DNA from: the human T2T-CHM13v2.0 reference genome, Homo sapiens
Length of the DNA: 64,000 nt
Strand: one strand, 5' to 3'
Assembly (NCBI RefSeq): GCF_009914755.1
Contig: NC_060935.1
Below, in pieces: positions 58,600 to 64,000 of this stretch. Below the pieces are notes generated by a model. It was given only the letters and a program-made list of their open reading frames with translations, did no database searches and had not been told where the DNA came from. A program made the translations under genes and the position numbers. How positions within the stretch are numbered: position 1 is the first letter of the stretch; the number at the start of each line of letters is the position of its first letter.

Positions 58600-59375
58600 T
58601 ACAGTGTGCTGGGTCAACTGAATATCCCCATGGGGAAAGCACTAATCTTGACCCTGTTTCACACAACTGATAATGCAAAATCAATTCCAAGTGGGCTATA
58701 GATCAAAAAGTTAAACTGACAAAGCTTATAAAAGATAATGTAGGAGAATACTTTATGACCTCGATGTAGGAAAAATACTTTTTAAATAAGATGTAAGAAA
58801 TAATAACTATAAAGGAAAAGACTGATCCATTGGAATATATTAAAATTTGGAACTTTTCTCATCAAAATAGATGACTAAGAGAGTAAAAAGGCATGTCAAG
58901 GAATAGGAGGAGCTATTCAAAGTAGTTGTGTCCCACAAAGGCCTTTTATCCAAGCTGTATAAAGGACCCCTTTACATCAATAATGAAAAGTCTATCCAAT
59001 AAAAACATTTGAGAAAAATGCTACCAGGCACTTCACAAAAGGGAATGTCCAAAAGGCCAGTAAACAAAGGGGATGGTATCAATATGATTAGTCATCAGGG
59101 AAAGTAAAGCCATACTGAGATGCTACTGAATATCCATCAGAATGGGTCAAATTAAAAACACAGACCATACCATGTATTTGCAAGGATGTGGAACAACTGG
59201 AGCCTTCATTCACTGCTGGTGGGAATGAAATTGATTTAAGTACTAAGGAAAGCTGTTTGTTAGTATGGTTAATAAAATGGACATATATATGTCCTATGAC
59301 CAAGAAAGAATACTCTAGGTACCTAATGTCTAATAGAGATATGCATTTGTATACACTAAAAGGCATGCACAGAAT
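58600..59375 (+). mobile_element. Old L1ME-type ORF2 3' remnant
   Basis: gtgctgggtcaactgaatatccca...taggagaatactttatgacct...gcaaggatgtggaacaactggagcc. Confidence 0.65.
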
Positions 59376-59528
59376 TTTTAAGATTTGCATAAATTTGTGG
59401 GGTACATGTAAATGTTGTTATATGTATATAACGTATAGTGATCAAGTCAACGTATTTAGGGTGTCCATTGCCTGAGTATAATACATTTTTGTTAAGTATA
59501 GTCAACCTACTCTGCTATCAAACATTGA

Positions 59529-59915
<387 letters not shown>

Positions 59916-60067
59916 TTAACCAGCTTCTCTTCATCCTTGCTCCATGTACCCCATTCACCCTTCCCAGTCTCTGTTATCTGTCTTTCCGCTCTCTATCTTT
60001 CCACTCTCTAGCTGTGTATTCAAATTTTTTAGCTCCCACATATAAGTGAGAACATGTGATATTTGCC

Positions 60068-60371
60068 TTTTTTTTTTTTTTTTTTTTTTGAGACGGAGTC
60101 TCGCTCTGTTGCCCAGGCTGGAGTGCAGTGGCGCGATCTTGGCTCACTGCAACCTCCGCCCCTCCAGGTTTAAGCATTTCTCTGCCTCAGCCTCTGGAGG
60201 AGCTGGGATTACAGGTGTGTGCCACCATGCCCGGCTAATTTTTTTGTATTTTTAGTAGAGACGGGGTTTCACTGTCTTGGCCAGGCTGGTCTTGAACTCC
60301 TGACCTCGTGATCCACCCACCTCGGCCTCCCAAAGTGCTGGGATTACAGGCCTGAGCCACTGCGCCTGGCC
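60068..60371 (-). mobile_element. AluSg-like
   Basis: Poly(T)-gagacggagtctcgctctg...tgacctcgtgatcc; TSD gata(t/c)ttgcctttt. Confidence 0.93.
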
Positions 60372-60514
60372 AGATACTTGCCTTTTTTATGCCTGGCTTA
60401 TTTCACTTAAGATAATGACCTCCAGTTCCATCCGTGTTGCTGCAAATGACATGAGTTCATTTTCTTTTTTTGGCTGAATAGTATTTCATTGTGTATATAG
60501 GCCACATTTTCTTT

Positions 60515-63313
<2,799 letters not shown>

Positions 63314-64000
63314 CACATTTTCTTTATTCATTCATTCATTGATGAACACTTAGGGTGATTCCACATTTTTGCTTTCACAAGTAAATAATATTTGCTTTCA
63401 CAAATCTATAAATAAAACTAGGGAAGTCTCCTAGTTTTATTTACAGATCTAGGTGGCACTTGCACAGTGTTTATGTCAAGTTAATTCATCAATATGTACT
63501 TTTATGATTTGTGTAACTATCTGTATATATGTTATTCTTTAATAAAAATGTTTACTAAACATATATGCATAGTAGGTAATTAGAGGGAAAATGGATACAT
63601 TTGCCATCATACTGAGTGATATTTAACATACTTCTTGCAATAACTTATAGATCAAGCTAGCAGAAAAGTTAGTAAGCGTATGGATTTAAACATACTTAAC
63701 AAGTTTAATGGCTATATATATATACACACACACATACACACTCTACCAACAATGAACACATCTAGCACATGGAATCTTTGTGAAAATTAACTACATAAAA
63801 GTCCATAAAAAGGAAATCTCCACAAATTACAAAAAATGATACATAGACCATATTCTCTGATGACAGTGCAGTTACGTTAGAAATAAATAGTGAAAAGATA
63901 ACTAACCTCCCACCTTTGTATGTTTGGCAATATAAACAGTATCATTTAAAGTAACTAATCAGTCTGGGGGAAAATAATAGTATAAGTTAATAACTAACTC

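Overview
Human (hominid) intronic DNA from the NELL1 gene on the + strand. Two coding exons of the N-terminal TSPN/laminin-G domain are present: 12150-12320 (171 nt) and 49993-50089 (97 nt), probably exons 4 and 5, separated by a 37,672-nt GT-AG intron. Much of the rest is transposable-element DNA: old L1M/L2/L3/MIR/MLT1/MER5 fossils, 10 near-full-length Alus plus an Alu monomer fragment (one a near-perfect AluYa5, which points to human), an antisense SVA, a truncated HERV-S (LTR18/HERVL18) provirus, and a nested L1 cluster at 51-63.4 kb. I found no new multi-gene system. The best leads are: (1) the HERV-S provirus looks APOBEC3G-hypermutated, with about half of its pol Trp codons changed to stops by G-to-A in GG context; (2) its sense-oriented LTR is followed by a perfect splice donor, a candidate alternative first exon upstream of exon 5; (3) the SVA appears to carry a ~310-nt 3' transduction inside one TSD; (4) an old primate L1 may be a spliced, internally deleted retrocopy; (5) a very young AluYa5 forms a close inverted pair with an older Alu. 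Subfamily names and consensus comparisons come from recall, not a database search. Boundaries of old repeats are approximate.
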